64,000 nucleotides of DNA from Amoebophrya sp. A120 (Eukaryota > Protista > Dinoflagellata), in assembly GCA_905178155.1 (NCBI GenBank), contig CAJINV010000003.1, positions 11,229,737 through 11,293,736 of the forward strand. Reading direction: 5' to 3'. Under the pieces are notes generated by a model. That model searched no databases, was not told where the DNA came from, and worked only from the letters and a program-made list of their open reading frames with translations. Positions 49,101-61,100 of this stretch are shown here, piece by piece. The stretch's first letter is position 1. Each line of letters begins with the position of its first letter. Made by a program: the position numbers and the translations under genes.

Positions 49101-52100
49101 TCGTATAAATGCTACCGCTTTTTTTGCATGAAGCCACTTAGAAGTTGGTGGGAGGTTGTTGGGAAGTCGGTGGCGAAGTTGGTGAGAAGCAGGCGGCGAA
49201 GTTGTTGCGAAGTCCGTGAGAAGTGGCGGCACGTGTTGGCGTCGTCATCGCCTCGGCCGAGTGTCGCGGCACGTCACTCCGCCGCGGCGCGTTCTATCCC
49301 CCTCGCTGCTTGCCGCTGCAGCTGCAAGGGCTGGAAAGAGCTGCGCTGTAGGTAAATAGAAAGACGGCCACTGCCGTTTTTCTTTTAATTTATTTGCAAC
49401 GCTGCTCGACCAGCTCGCGCGACGGCTCCACGCACGAGACCATACAAAAGAGGCGGCAGAAGCTGCATCTGTGATGGCTGCACGCGCAGACGCCTTTCTG
49501 ATGGTTGTGCGCGCGCGACGATGTGGTGCTGCACGTCGCGCGGGCGCTGAAGTTATCCATTTATATAATTAATTGCTGGACTTTGAACACGCCTGCCACA
49601 CTGAGTGACTAAAGCCTCTACCTAAGCAGGTCCCTCAATCATTTCGAGCGCTTCAATCTCTCAGCAGACCGGGCGAAAGCCTCTGGCTGCGTTGCATCCT
49701 GAGGCAGGGCGCAACGTCATTCAAATTCATCGCATGGAACTGCCCCGATCCTGGTCAGAGTCAAGTGGCTAAAAAGCATGGGAGTACCCCCCTCAATGCT
49801 GTCGGTATAGTGCTCAACCCTAACGGGAGCCAACCCCCTTCAGGGTGGCCATTCTGAACCTCTAGACCGAGCGGAGTCCCTTCATTTCGTTACGATCGTG
49901 ATGGCTTTGCCTTCGTAGTATTTGGGGGACTCGGGTCAAATGGCGAAGAGATTCCTTAGGGATCTAGCTAGTTCAGGCCATTCCGGTCTTGTCATTTCAT
50001 TGGGAGCAGGCATCTCAGATCGTCTCGAGAAGCTTCAGGCATGGTTGTGAGAGGGTTCTGATCACATGACCAACATTAATTGCGGAGCTACGTATAATCA
50101 ATTAAAGCTAACGAGTTTCGCAATTAATAACAAACGGGCTTTGTTTTCTTTCGCTAAAAAACGCAGTCTTGCGTGAAGCCTACGCGGTTTATAAAAATTT
50201 TTTCACTCGAACTTCTCAACAGCTTCTCAACAACTTCTTCACAAACATCGCCACGAACATCCGACCAGCTTCCCGAATTTTTACAGGCTTCATGCAATTA
50301 ATTTTTACGAGAAAATCTGCTCTGACAAATTAATTGCGTGACGCCTCCAAAAGATCACTTGCGGGAGCCCGAAAGCTTTCAGCGGCAAGGCGCGGCCGAA
50401 GTATGCACAACCAAGCTTAGTTATTCGCGACTGCGCAAGCGGCCACGAATCGAGATGCAGGAAACCCTTGAGACATCGCCTGCAGGCTGGTAAAGAAATC
50501 CGCGCGCCTACAATTCAAATCCGCATCAATTCCCCGAACAAACTCAAACCCGACCGCCGACTCCCGCCAACTTCTCAGCATCGGGCTGGGAAGTTGGTGA
50601 AAAGGCTGGGGGGAAGTTGGTGGGAAGTTGGTTAGAAATACGCGAGAAGCTGGCGAGAAGTTGGCGAGATGTTTGGCGCAGAAAAAAGGGGGATCTATAC
50701 GAGTGCGATACTTTTGCACAGGATACCTTGGGCCCTTCTATCTAGGCTATCTACCCGGAAAAGCTCCGACGTGCCATGTCGGGGCTTTTTTGGGTTTGTC
50801 AATACATAGATGCTCGGGCATCATCGCGGGGCAGGTAATAGCTATCCACAGATCGGGGTCGCACAAACATCGAGGACGTGCACAGGCTGGGGACTGGTCG
50901 CAGGCGCAGGCACCTTGTCGGGGCTGCAACCAAGGTGCCGCTACCTCCCAAAAACCCCGCGCAAGAAATTAATCAGCACCCAGCCCGCAACGCACGCCCG
51001 TGCAGGGGCCCGGCCGGCGCTGCTGCCCCATCCCCGGCGCCTAGGCGCAATGAATGTCGCGCGGCGTGGCGGCCGGGGGTGGTAGCGGGGGTGGTAGCGG
51101 GCTCGCTGCGGCTTGCCCAGATTGATTCACAATCCGCCGCGCTCGGCCCCGAGGCCTGTGCGGCGGGAAAACCTCACTGGGGCACGAGAAGGGAACGAAG
51201 TGAGAAAGCCGGGAACGGGAACCGAGACGAGAAAACGAGACGCCGCACGGGCCTCGAGGCGGGCCCGTTTCGTTTGTTTTTCCCATTTCGGGCGGGCACT
51301 TGCGCAGCGTCGGAAAGCTAGAGCACATAGGCCGGCAGCGGCATGAAAAAAAAAAAGCCGGCGAACAAAACTAGAGCGGGCCAGGCTGCCCCTGTCGCCG
51401 GCCCACGCGACCCATCAACATCTCAGTGAAAAAACACGGCCAGCAGGGCGGGAGTTATTACTTAGCGCGCGCCGTGGCAAATATGTCAGCAGTACGGCCC
51501 GGCGCGGGGGCCAGGAAATGGCTGCCCCCCCCGCCCGAGGGCCTGTCCCGGTAGAATATAAATGAGTCGAGCACACCACCAGGGGGAATTTTACCAAACA
51601 CGGCGCGCGGCATTTATTAGAGCCGGCCCCGGAGTGCGCACGCAGGCGCGCAGCCTCGGGCGTTGTTGTGGAGCGGCCTGTCCCGGTGCGTGGCCCGATT
51701 GCCTGCAAAAGCAGGCAAGCTCATGGCGGGCGGCTTGGGTTTGCGCAGGTGCACCCCTTCGAAGGCGAGCGCGCGCAAACGAAAAACCCTGGGCGGACCC
51801 GGCGCCGCTAGCTGCAGCAATGTGCGCCCCAGAGCAAAGCGACATGGCCTAGCAAGTTGGCACACAGCTCGAAAGCGCGAGGCGAGGGAGCCCGTTGGCC
51901 CTCGCGTTGCATCTGATAGGATTTTACTGCTGTGGAGCAACTTCGGGCATTGCTATTTGCTTGGCCATTTCTTGCGTGGCGAATTTCCCAAGCGCTTTCG
52001 CCTTTTGTGTGGCGGATAAATATCCGCTGGCGTGTCTTCATTTCGCCGAAATCAATCCCGGCAGTGTTGTCACTTCAGTGTGGCCACTTCAAACGCAGCG

Positions 52101-55100
52101 CCTGCTACTTTTCACAGAAACATCACAAAGGCCGCCGGCGTCATGCCGTCCGTCGGTCTTTGTGGTGCTTGGAAATCTGCCCGCAGCATGCCGCATGCCT
52201 TGGGTATATCAAGGCCTGGCCTGGCCTATCCGCCCCTGGCCTATCCGCCGGGGGGGGCGGATAAGGATTTCACTGCTACTCCACTCAAGCGCCGCGGTGG
52301 TCATCCGCTCGGTGGTCGACGCCGTGGCTCCCGCGGGTACATTAGAAAGCCTGGCGAAGTCTGTGTTGAGAACCTTCGCGGGCGATATGGCACGGTCGCT
52401 GGGTCTCTCGGACGTTGTCGATAATATCGTGGACGTTGTCGACAGTATGCCCCTCAATGTCGGAAAAATCATGCTGAGCATAGCGCAAGACTTTATGAAC
52501 GAGGTTGCGGGACAGGTTTACAGAGGTGTGCGCGAGGGGCTCACTATAACCGAGAGTACAGAACAAAGCAATCTGGACGAAGCGCAACAGAAATTCGCAG
52601 ACGAAAAGAAAAGGGAGAGGCAAGGGAAGGGAGACAACGAGAACGACAAACAGAGGAAGAAACGCCAAGGCAGCAAGAAGAAAGAAACGGCTTCCACGAA
52701 ACCCAGAGGTAAGGCGGACATGCCCGGGCGATGTTTCATTCTATTTGGTAGCTTCAGAGAAGTTCCACCAAGCGATGGAAAGTGTAAAAAAGCAGCATAG
52801 AAGCTATAAAGTGCTGGCTAGCATGGTCAGACGCTCTAATAAATAGCAGCAGGAGCAGCGCGGCCAATGTGAATGTCGTGAATATTTTGCATTTTTTGCC
52901 GTGCTAGCTAGCACGGTCGAAGCGTGGTAGGATTAGGAAACCCGCCAAAAACAGGAGCGCAGCAGAGTAGCCAGCTGTTGGTGGTTGGTTTGCACTTTTT
53001 GCGCAGGTCCGTAGCACGGCCTGGGCGTGCTGCGAAAGAGGCTAAAAGTCGGAAATTTTTCCCGTCCCCGCGGCCGGATCGGATTTTCGCAGTCCACGAA
53101 ATACAAAACGCCTTTTGCAAAGATCCGCTACCTAGGCCGGCGATTTTCGAAAAATGCACGCGCTGCTAGCGCGACAAATGCCAACGCTGGCGCCTTTGCT
53201 TTTCGCAACTGGCTGAAATTCTCGCAATTTTCCCTGCGAAGCGGTTGCCCGGCTTGGCGCCTCCGCCACGTCCCGGCTGGGAGGGTGCATGGTGCTCGGC
53301 GCGTGCTGATAGCGCCTATGCGGGCAAAAGAGCGAGCACATGCCCACAAAGCGGAGTATCTATATACTCGAAAAGCCCCACACTCATGCGCCCACTTTTT
53401 TGCGCGCGTACGCGCTAGCAGCGCCAGCGCGCGGCGACTGGTATTAAATCGGTTGCGCGGCCGCCCGTTCTCGGCGCGACGCCTTTCGATTATTTCGGGC
53501 CGACAGTCCGAAAATAAGTAAAAGCCCTTTCGAGGTCGAGCGAATACGTGTCACCGCGTGACGTGCCTACGAGCGCAAAAAATGGACAGACACAGAGCCA
53601 CTCCCTCAGCCGCGTTCGGAGGTGCCATGGATTTGACCCCTGTCGTGCTAAAAGGAAATACGTATTGCAGGAATCGCATACGTGTCCGATTTGCGCGCAG
53701 GATGTTAAGCGTTTTCGCGGTCGCGCCAATGCGGCCCAGTCGCGAGGGTTGCTGGAATTCCGGAACTTTTGAAGGTTGGGGCCTATTTCTTAGCATGGTT
53801 CCTTCGGCCGTGCTAGAAATAGGCCTCAGATTCGCAATTAAAGCGCATGGCCTCGCTTGCGCGACCGCAGTGCCGTGCCAGCTAGTACTTTATGCCATAT
53901 GACAAGTATAAAACTTTTTGCGGTTTTCCGACCATAGTTCGACCGTAGGTGGTCACGCCCCCGACTATCTGCCCGCGCGCGCGCGCGCCCCCTGCCCCTG
54001 CTGGACCTTCTGTGCGCGCGCGGGCGCGATTGTGTGCGCACACAGGACCACAAAAGAGGAGTCTCCGTGCGCGCACGCAAATAAGGGTCTGCGCTTCCGC
54101 ATCAAGCTCAAATCTTCGCGCCAAATCGCGCGCGCGCGCGGGCGCGTGCAGAACTACCGCCGGCACACGTTGCGCCTTAGGCAATTTCCGCGGCGCGCCT
54201 CCGCTTGTGCAGCCGAAAACGGATGCGCAAGACCGGTCCCGGTCGTTGGTGGGTGTGTGTTGTGCCAGACACAGGGCGTTCGATCGAAGGGGGTCGCCCG
54301 CGGTCTTCTGAATCTCACTCTCAGCATTTGACAATAAGAATCGAACTGCTTCGCCAAAATCCGGAACGCAGCCACGCACAAGCTAGCAACTAGAAAGAAG
54401 GAACGCGCGGGCCTGTCGACCTGACGCTGACCAGGGGTCCTGGCGGTGTTCCGGTTAAGCAACAAAGTGCCGCAGGCTGCTCCGCCAGAGATGGGGAGAC
54501 GAACGAGCATGCCGCCTGCGTGTTCGTTAAGGACTCGAAAGACACAATCTGCACAAGCTTGTTGGACAACTTCTACGAGAATGTCATCGGCGTCGCTTGG
54601 GGAACAATTAGGGACTCCATCAACCAATTCCTGTTGAGCCTCGGAACCATGATTCTGCACTTCGTAGAGTCAAACTTTTTCCAGGGTTGGGAGATCCCTG
54701 GCGGAGAAGCTCTCGTGAAAGTTTATCTTGTTGAGACGATCGACGAAGAGGGTTTGAAGCCTGTCGCACACGCATTGAAAGAGCATGTCGAGGAAACAGG
54801 ACAAGAGTTTTGCGATAAAATGTTCAAGGGGCTTGGCGCAGGAGAGATGCTGCAGTCTCTTCTAGTGCAGTTGATGGTGGCAAGTGGCGACAGCAAGATT
54901 CGGGATGCGATTCTGAAAACGAGCAAGTCAGAGGCGGAGAAGGAGGACGCGGCAAAGAAAGCTGAGGCCGAAGCAGAAGAAGAGCAACTGGCAGCGGTAG
55001 TGGGAACGTGCGCGGCCAAAATTGCTCACCAGCCCGCGGCGCTGGCGGACGGTATGGTTGACAGTTTCGTGAAGAGTCTGGGCGTCCACGTTGCGGGGTT

Positions 55101-58100
55101 TGCTCATTCAGTCTACTCTGATGTAATGGACGTGCTTGGAGATGAATTGTACGAACTTATAACGATGGCCGTCGAAAAACTGGGCGTCCAGCTTATTCCA
55201 GGGATTGGGCGCATTTATTTCATTCTGGAGCCGCTGTTTTACTTTATGAGCGCCGCGCTTGCCAGATTTATAGCCAACGCGCTCGCCGCTGCCGAGGAGC
55301 AAGCGGAAGCACCTGAGAAAGCAATGGCCACGTACATCGCGAAACAAGTCAAGGGCCTCCTCTATCCTACGTAAAAACGTCACCGCCCCAGAGTCGTCAT
55401 GCAAATCTGCAAGCCTCAAGTGGTCCAGTCCCCTGTCTGAATGGCGTTACGGCTTAGCGGAGAGTCTCGCCCCTTAGCCAAAGGGGTGCGCCGTCTCTTC
55501 CGTGAGAGCAAAAGCGTATGGCTTAAAAAGGGCGCGGTCCTGGGTCATCCTGTATATTTGGCTGTCGCACTTAGCTCACTGAAACTTGCTGGGCTTTATT
55601 GACAGGGTGTGGTGGGTAGGTCCAGGCCGGTCAGTAATTTTCTCGGGGCGAATTACCGGGTTTGCGACGGGCTTTTGGATGTTGAGGTCGCCGAAAGTGT
55701 TTCCTCGCCCACCCCCCACCCCCCCGGGGAGGGCATCCTTGGCCTGTGCCGCTGGGTGCGGGTGCCCACTGAATGATGACGATGCGCAAACCAATGAGCA
55801 GCACTTTCTCATGCTGTCTAGTACTTTTTGTTTTCCATGCTCTAATCAGAATAAGAGGGAGCTGGATTTGTGATGCGGCATCACTGCTAGCCAAACTAAA
55901 CACCACTACACTGGAACAAGACCACCCGAACTTGTCATGCGCAGCAGGCGAAACATGCTGACTTGTGTAAGCAAAGTTCCCATCTTGACTATTGGGACGC
56001 TTTTACTCATCTTGACGATGTGTAGGTGTAGCAGAATAATTCCCATCTTAACCATGTTCTCATCTTGGGCACGTTTTTACTCATGATATCCTCGTCAACA
56101 GCGAAACAGGAAGGCTGCGGGAAGAGGTAAAAGGAATCGTGATGACGATGGCAAAGATAGGGGCTGAAATTCTCCTCGGTAAAAAACTCTCGTTGTCGAC
56201 AAAACTCTCGTTGTCGTTCTTGTCCACGAACGACAACAACGAAAACGCTCGGTCGCTGTTGCCGGGACCGGCTCCAGCACCAGCGGCCTCTCTGGTTACA
56301 AATTTTGACGATGGCCCGGCGACAGCCGATTATAGCGGTTTTGGAGGGGGAAACGCCACCATTGCCAGTGCTTTTCCTGTTGTCCTTGATTTCAGAGCGC
56401 GCCACACTGGGAGGCGATCTCGGATATCGGTCGCGGGGGCGTCCGCCGCCATAAACTTCCGGGGCGAGCCGTTGTCTGCGCTGCAAGTACATGCATTGAA
56501 AATATGTCTAGGTCTGGAAACTTCTGATGCAAGGAAGGGAATAGTTAGACCTAGCACACTTTAGTGCGCTCCCCAGTATGACAAGTTTTTTCGTGGCTCA
56601 CAGTAAAAGTTGCGTACTCCGCATGAGAAGCCGCGTTTTTGCATGACAGACAAGAGGACCTGTTCGCGGGCACGCAACACAGAGCTCAGGAGAGTCTGAG
56701 TCATGCCAGACTAGCATGACAAATCGCGCAATCTCCCAGACCCAGTAATATTTGCAGTTCATAAAGTATCTTCCGAGCCCGTTCTGCTCGAGTTGGGTTC
56801 CGCGGTGCCTGACAGGTGGGTACCCACCTCGTTGGCACAGGTGCATGACTCACAGGCGCCTGGCGAGGATTCGCAAACGAGCGATTGGAAAGAAGGGATG
56901 GAGGGCCTTCTACTGTAGTACTGGACCCCGCTCAAAATACGAGCGGCGGAATAAAGCTGCAGAAACCCTGATGAACATCAGACCGCTTGCCGCGTACTAT
57001 GTGGCGCCAATTTATGAAAGCCAACCGCAACGCATGCGCCATGTCTAGAAAAAAGCAAACCGCAGCAAAGCCGGCCGCGCTTTGCGCTTTCCAACATTCG
57101 GGCCGCGGCATGAATTACTGGGGAAAGCTCAGAAAAGCACCCGCCCCTGTGAAATGTTAGGCGGGGGCCTGCGCTTCTCCTGTTTCGTTATTCGCGACGC
57201 CCGGCCCTGTTGATTTGGGGAGCGCCGCAGGCCGCGGGTGCTGGATCCCCGGGCGGAGACGCGGCCAGCGCGGGCTCTTGATGGGAATGCTAAGGGCGGG
57301 CGGCACGCGCTTCGGGGGCCGGCGGTTGCCTGCAGGACCCCCCCTGTGATTCCTCTCGCGCCCCTCTGTCCCGGCCGGCTTTGCCGGGCCGGCGACGGCC
57401 TCGGCGCGCGCCCGGCTATCCCTTGCAGTTAGTGGCAGGATGCCGCTATGGATCAAGCAAGGGGGGGCCGCCCGAACGGGGAGGCGCGCCGGTTCGGAGC
57501 TGCAGCGGGCAAGCATTGCCGGGCCCGGGGCCCGAGAGAGTGTTGCGCGCGTTCCCATCGCCCCCCCCGTCATTAGCGACGGATGGAAATCGTCCAGAGG
57601 CTGCTCCCTACATACCAACAAACGGAACGCGCGGGCGCGCCCCCTCCCCGTGGCGCCCTCCCCCCCTGGCTAAGCACGTGAGTGCGTGGAATAGCGATGA
57701 AGCAGGAGGCCCGCGCAGCGCAAACGATGACGCTCCGAGAGACGAGAGGGCCCGAGTATGATCCGAGTTGTTCCATCTCGTGGCATGGGTTCCCTGTTGT
57801 GTTCACATCGTAGGCCGGCCCCCCCCTTTGTGAATGATTCGCAAAGGGGGGGGATGAGGAATCCATACGACCTAGCCTCCTTGACTAGTAATCTGAGTTG
57901 AATTCTTTACATTGCCTAACTTGGCCCGCCGACCTCTCCCGCCCTTGTGGTTAATGGGAGTTTATTTCAATTGCTGGCATTGGCAATTTTGTTTCTGTGT
58001 TGTTTCGTCGTAGTTTGTTGGCCTGGAACCCTAGCAGCGCGCGCCTAGGCAGCGCGCGCCTAGTCAGTGTGGACCAGTGTCGGCGCTGTCTTCTGTGTGG

Positions 58101-61100
58101 GAGGGGACAGATGTCGTCTGGAGACTGGTGCTGCCTACTGCAAGTAGTGGCTTCCGCGTTGCAGTCGGAGCCCATCGCATGTTCTGAGATCCCACGAAAT
58201 TTGTGCCTGCCGAGAAATTGCGGCCTTCAGCAGGCTCGATGCCGGCATCACCCCGCCGGTGATCAGCTGCGGGCATGCGTTGCGGCCCCTACTTCGTCGC
58301 GTCTGCGTTCGTATTTGCACCATTTCCGTCCTCGGCCCTGCAGGCATCCGAGGACACCAATGGAGCGGAGCGAGCCGGGCCCTTCGCCTTCTTGGTCTCC
58401 CCGGGGGCCAGCCTTGTTTTGCTTCTGGGAAGGAAGTCCAAGGGAATGCCCTCGGGTTTTGCGCGCTCGCCATTGATTCGCACTCTCGGCCTGCCTCTTA
58501 GTGGCCGCGCCAGCCATTTTTCGTGTGCGCCCCCCAATTTGCGAGCCTGGTGGCCACGTTTGCCCCCTTGATGGTTGCCACCTTTGTGGGCTGTTGCGAG
58601 TGTGTTTCCTCTGGTGGGCTGGGTGCCCGGCATTTGGATTTGGGCGCGTTGGTTGTGGCTCTGCTGGCTTGGTAGATAGGTGCAGGCGTGCGACTTTTCC
58701 GGCGCTGCTCTGCCGGCCGGCCAGGTCGTGTTGCTAAGCAACTTGCTTGCCTGGGCTTACGCTTTCACTCACATTCCGCGACCGCCCGCCCCACCCTGGC
58801 TCCGGTCGGTCGTTGCCCTCTGCCGGGGCCCCGTCTTTTTTGGTCCGGTTCGTGTTCATCTCTGTGCGCGGCCAGGTTTTGTTCGTTGCCAGTCTTGGTG
58901 TGGGGGTGGGACGGAGGGTTGAACGTTGTGGCGAAACTTGCGGCAATTTGCCTCGCAGGTCTTTCGGGCGGGGCGGAACGGGAAACGCTTTGAACAAGTT
59001 AGCGCATGCAAAAACTACCGCAAACCTAAACCAAAAGGAGCGCGCCGAAGTGCCGCAAAAGGAAGCGACAAAGCAGCGCGTCGCCGGGTGCTTCTGGCGG
59101 CCGGCGGTCTTTGTTTCGGGGGGCCCTGCGAAAGGCTTGGCTCGGAAAAGCCGGCCGGCCACCGGGTCGTGCGAGTCAGGCAATGGAGAAGGCGCCCGGC
59201 GACAACCATGCGCCGGGCCGACCAAGCTCGGCAGGCCCCCCATCCAATTGGCCCCCCAGCGTGGTTTGATTGTCGGTCCTGTGTCGTCCCGCGCACGGCG
59301 CAACCCAAAACCGCCCGCCACGCCATTTCCGCCCCCTCCTCCCCGAAGCCCCTGCCCCGGCCGTGTCGGTCGTGGTAGCTTCTAGCAAGCCTCGGCCGGG
59401 GCTTGTCGTTTATTCTCGTCTTTTTCATTCTCGTCTTTTTTTTTTGGTTTTGCGCGACCGCACCACCCGGCCGCCTCAGTTATCTTTTTATCTTCCTGCC
59501 TTCGACCAAGCAGTTTTTTTCTCCTGGGTTTAGGTTTAGGTAGGCCGCCACCGACACCGGCACGGGATGGCTACCGTCGCGACCGTCTCACCTTCGATCC
59601 AGCCACCGCCCTCATCTGCTACTCAAGATCGACCCAGAAAGGGTTTAGTTTAGGTTTAAGGGTTTAGGAACCAATTTTATCTTCCTGCCTTCGACGCCGC
59701 GGCGCCCAGAGAACCAGCCCGCGCTTCCGGCTTCTTCCAAATTTATTAGCGAGCTACGCCAGGCCCAGGGAGCCGCAGCCGAGCCGTGGTTGCAAGTAAT
59801 GGAAGGAAGCGCGCCCGGGCCTATGGCCGGCATGCCAAACTAACAACGACGCGCCGGCGCACATATGGACCGGCCCGCCCGCCTGCGTGCGGGCGGGCGG
59901 GGCGGGCGGGGCGCGCGGGCCGGCGCATTGGCCCGCGTCCCGGGCTACCTGCGCCACCGCTTTGGCCCCTGCCTTTCCCCCGACCAGTGTGTGAGTGCCC
60001 AGCGAGCCAGCTGGGGCTCGGTCGCGTTGCGTCGCCCCTCCCAACTTAGCCCAGCGCGTGGGCGCCAGCTTCGTGAGGCGCGGCTGGGGCGCTGGGCTAT
60101 TGCGCCAGTGTCTCACTCGGAGTAAGTTTCCGCCGCCTGAAAATCAAAAAATGGGGTCCAGTACTTCAGTAAGCACGAGGGGAAAAAACAGACTTAATGA
60201 AGCGATCGCAAAATTCATGAACGAAACGGAGCTATGAGCTTGAGAGGTCTGCGCCTGCTTCTGGTGTTTTTTCAATATAGAGGCACGCTCCGAGAAATGG
60301 CGCGCCACGTACTACGACGGGGCCACACACTATGAAGGGCGCCAGTTGCTCGACCTGGGTTGGAAATAGCTAAGCGTAAGCGCCTGCACTTCCACGTAGT
60401 GCGCCCCTGCGAGAGATATGCCGGGGAGCCGCTCCTTCCTTGGGGGAACCGCCCCTCCCCTGGGGGAGCCGTCCCATCCCCGGGAGATCCTCCCCCCCCA
60501 CCGGGGGATCCTCCGTCCCTCGCCCCGGGGGATCCGCCCATCCCCGGGGGGTGTCCGCCGCTCCCCCGGGAGATCCTCCCTCGCCCCCGGGGCGGCGCAA
60601 ATGGGGAAAGAACATCCCCGCCGAACCCTTTGGGGCGCGCGGCCGGCCCGCGCATGTTTCTACTTGTTGCGCCGGCCCCCCGGGCGAAGGCGAAGCCAGG
60701 CGCGGGGAATAGTCTGCGCAGCACCCCGGCGCCCCGGACCAGGCTAGCTACTTGGCGATCTGCGCGATAATTTGGCCAGAGTCGCCGCGAGGAGAATGCT
60801 GCACGCCCTGCCGAAATGTCCTGTGGAAGCGGCGCGGCTTGTAGCCTGAGACACGGCGCGCCCGGTTCCGTTGGTGTTGTGTGCTGGCAAGAGCGCGAAG
60901 CCTGTATCGCAGACGCAGTGTGGCCGACCCATAAAAAGCGCCGTCGTCTTGGCAGGCTTGGGTATATGTCGCGCAGCGCGCGTCCTGGTGATTGTTTCTG
61001 TCCGGCGGGCCCGTTTTCTCTTCATGCCCAAGCAAGATGATGATCTATGATTATCGGGCGGCCACATTTGAAAAAACCGGACGAGAAGGAGGCTCGTTAA

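Noticed and set aside
52712-54517. Short inverted repeat aggcggacatgc / gcatgccgcct as intron ends
   Set aside because: Open frames extend past both motifs and there is no duplication; probably chance.
57157-60125. Many overlapping GC-rich ORFs as a transposase
   Set aside because: Low-complexity Pro/Arg/Gly/Ala translations typical of GC-rich non-coding repeats; no catalytic motifs.
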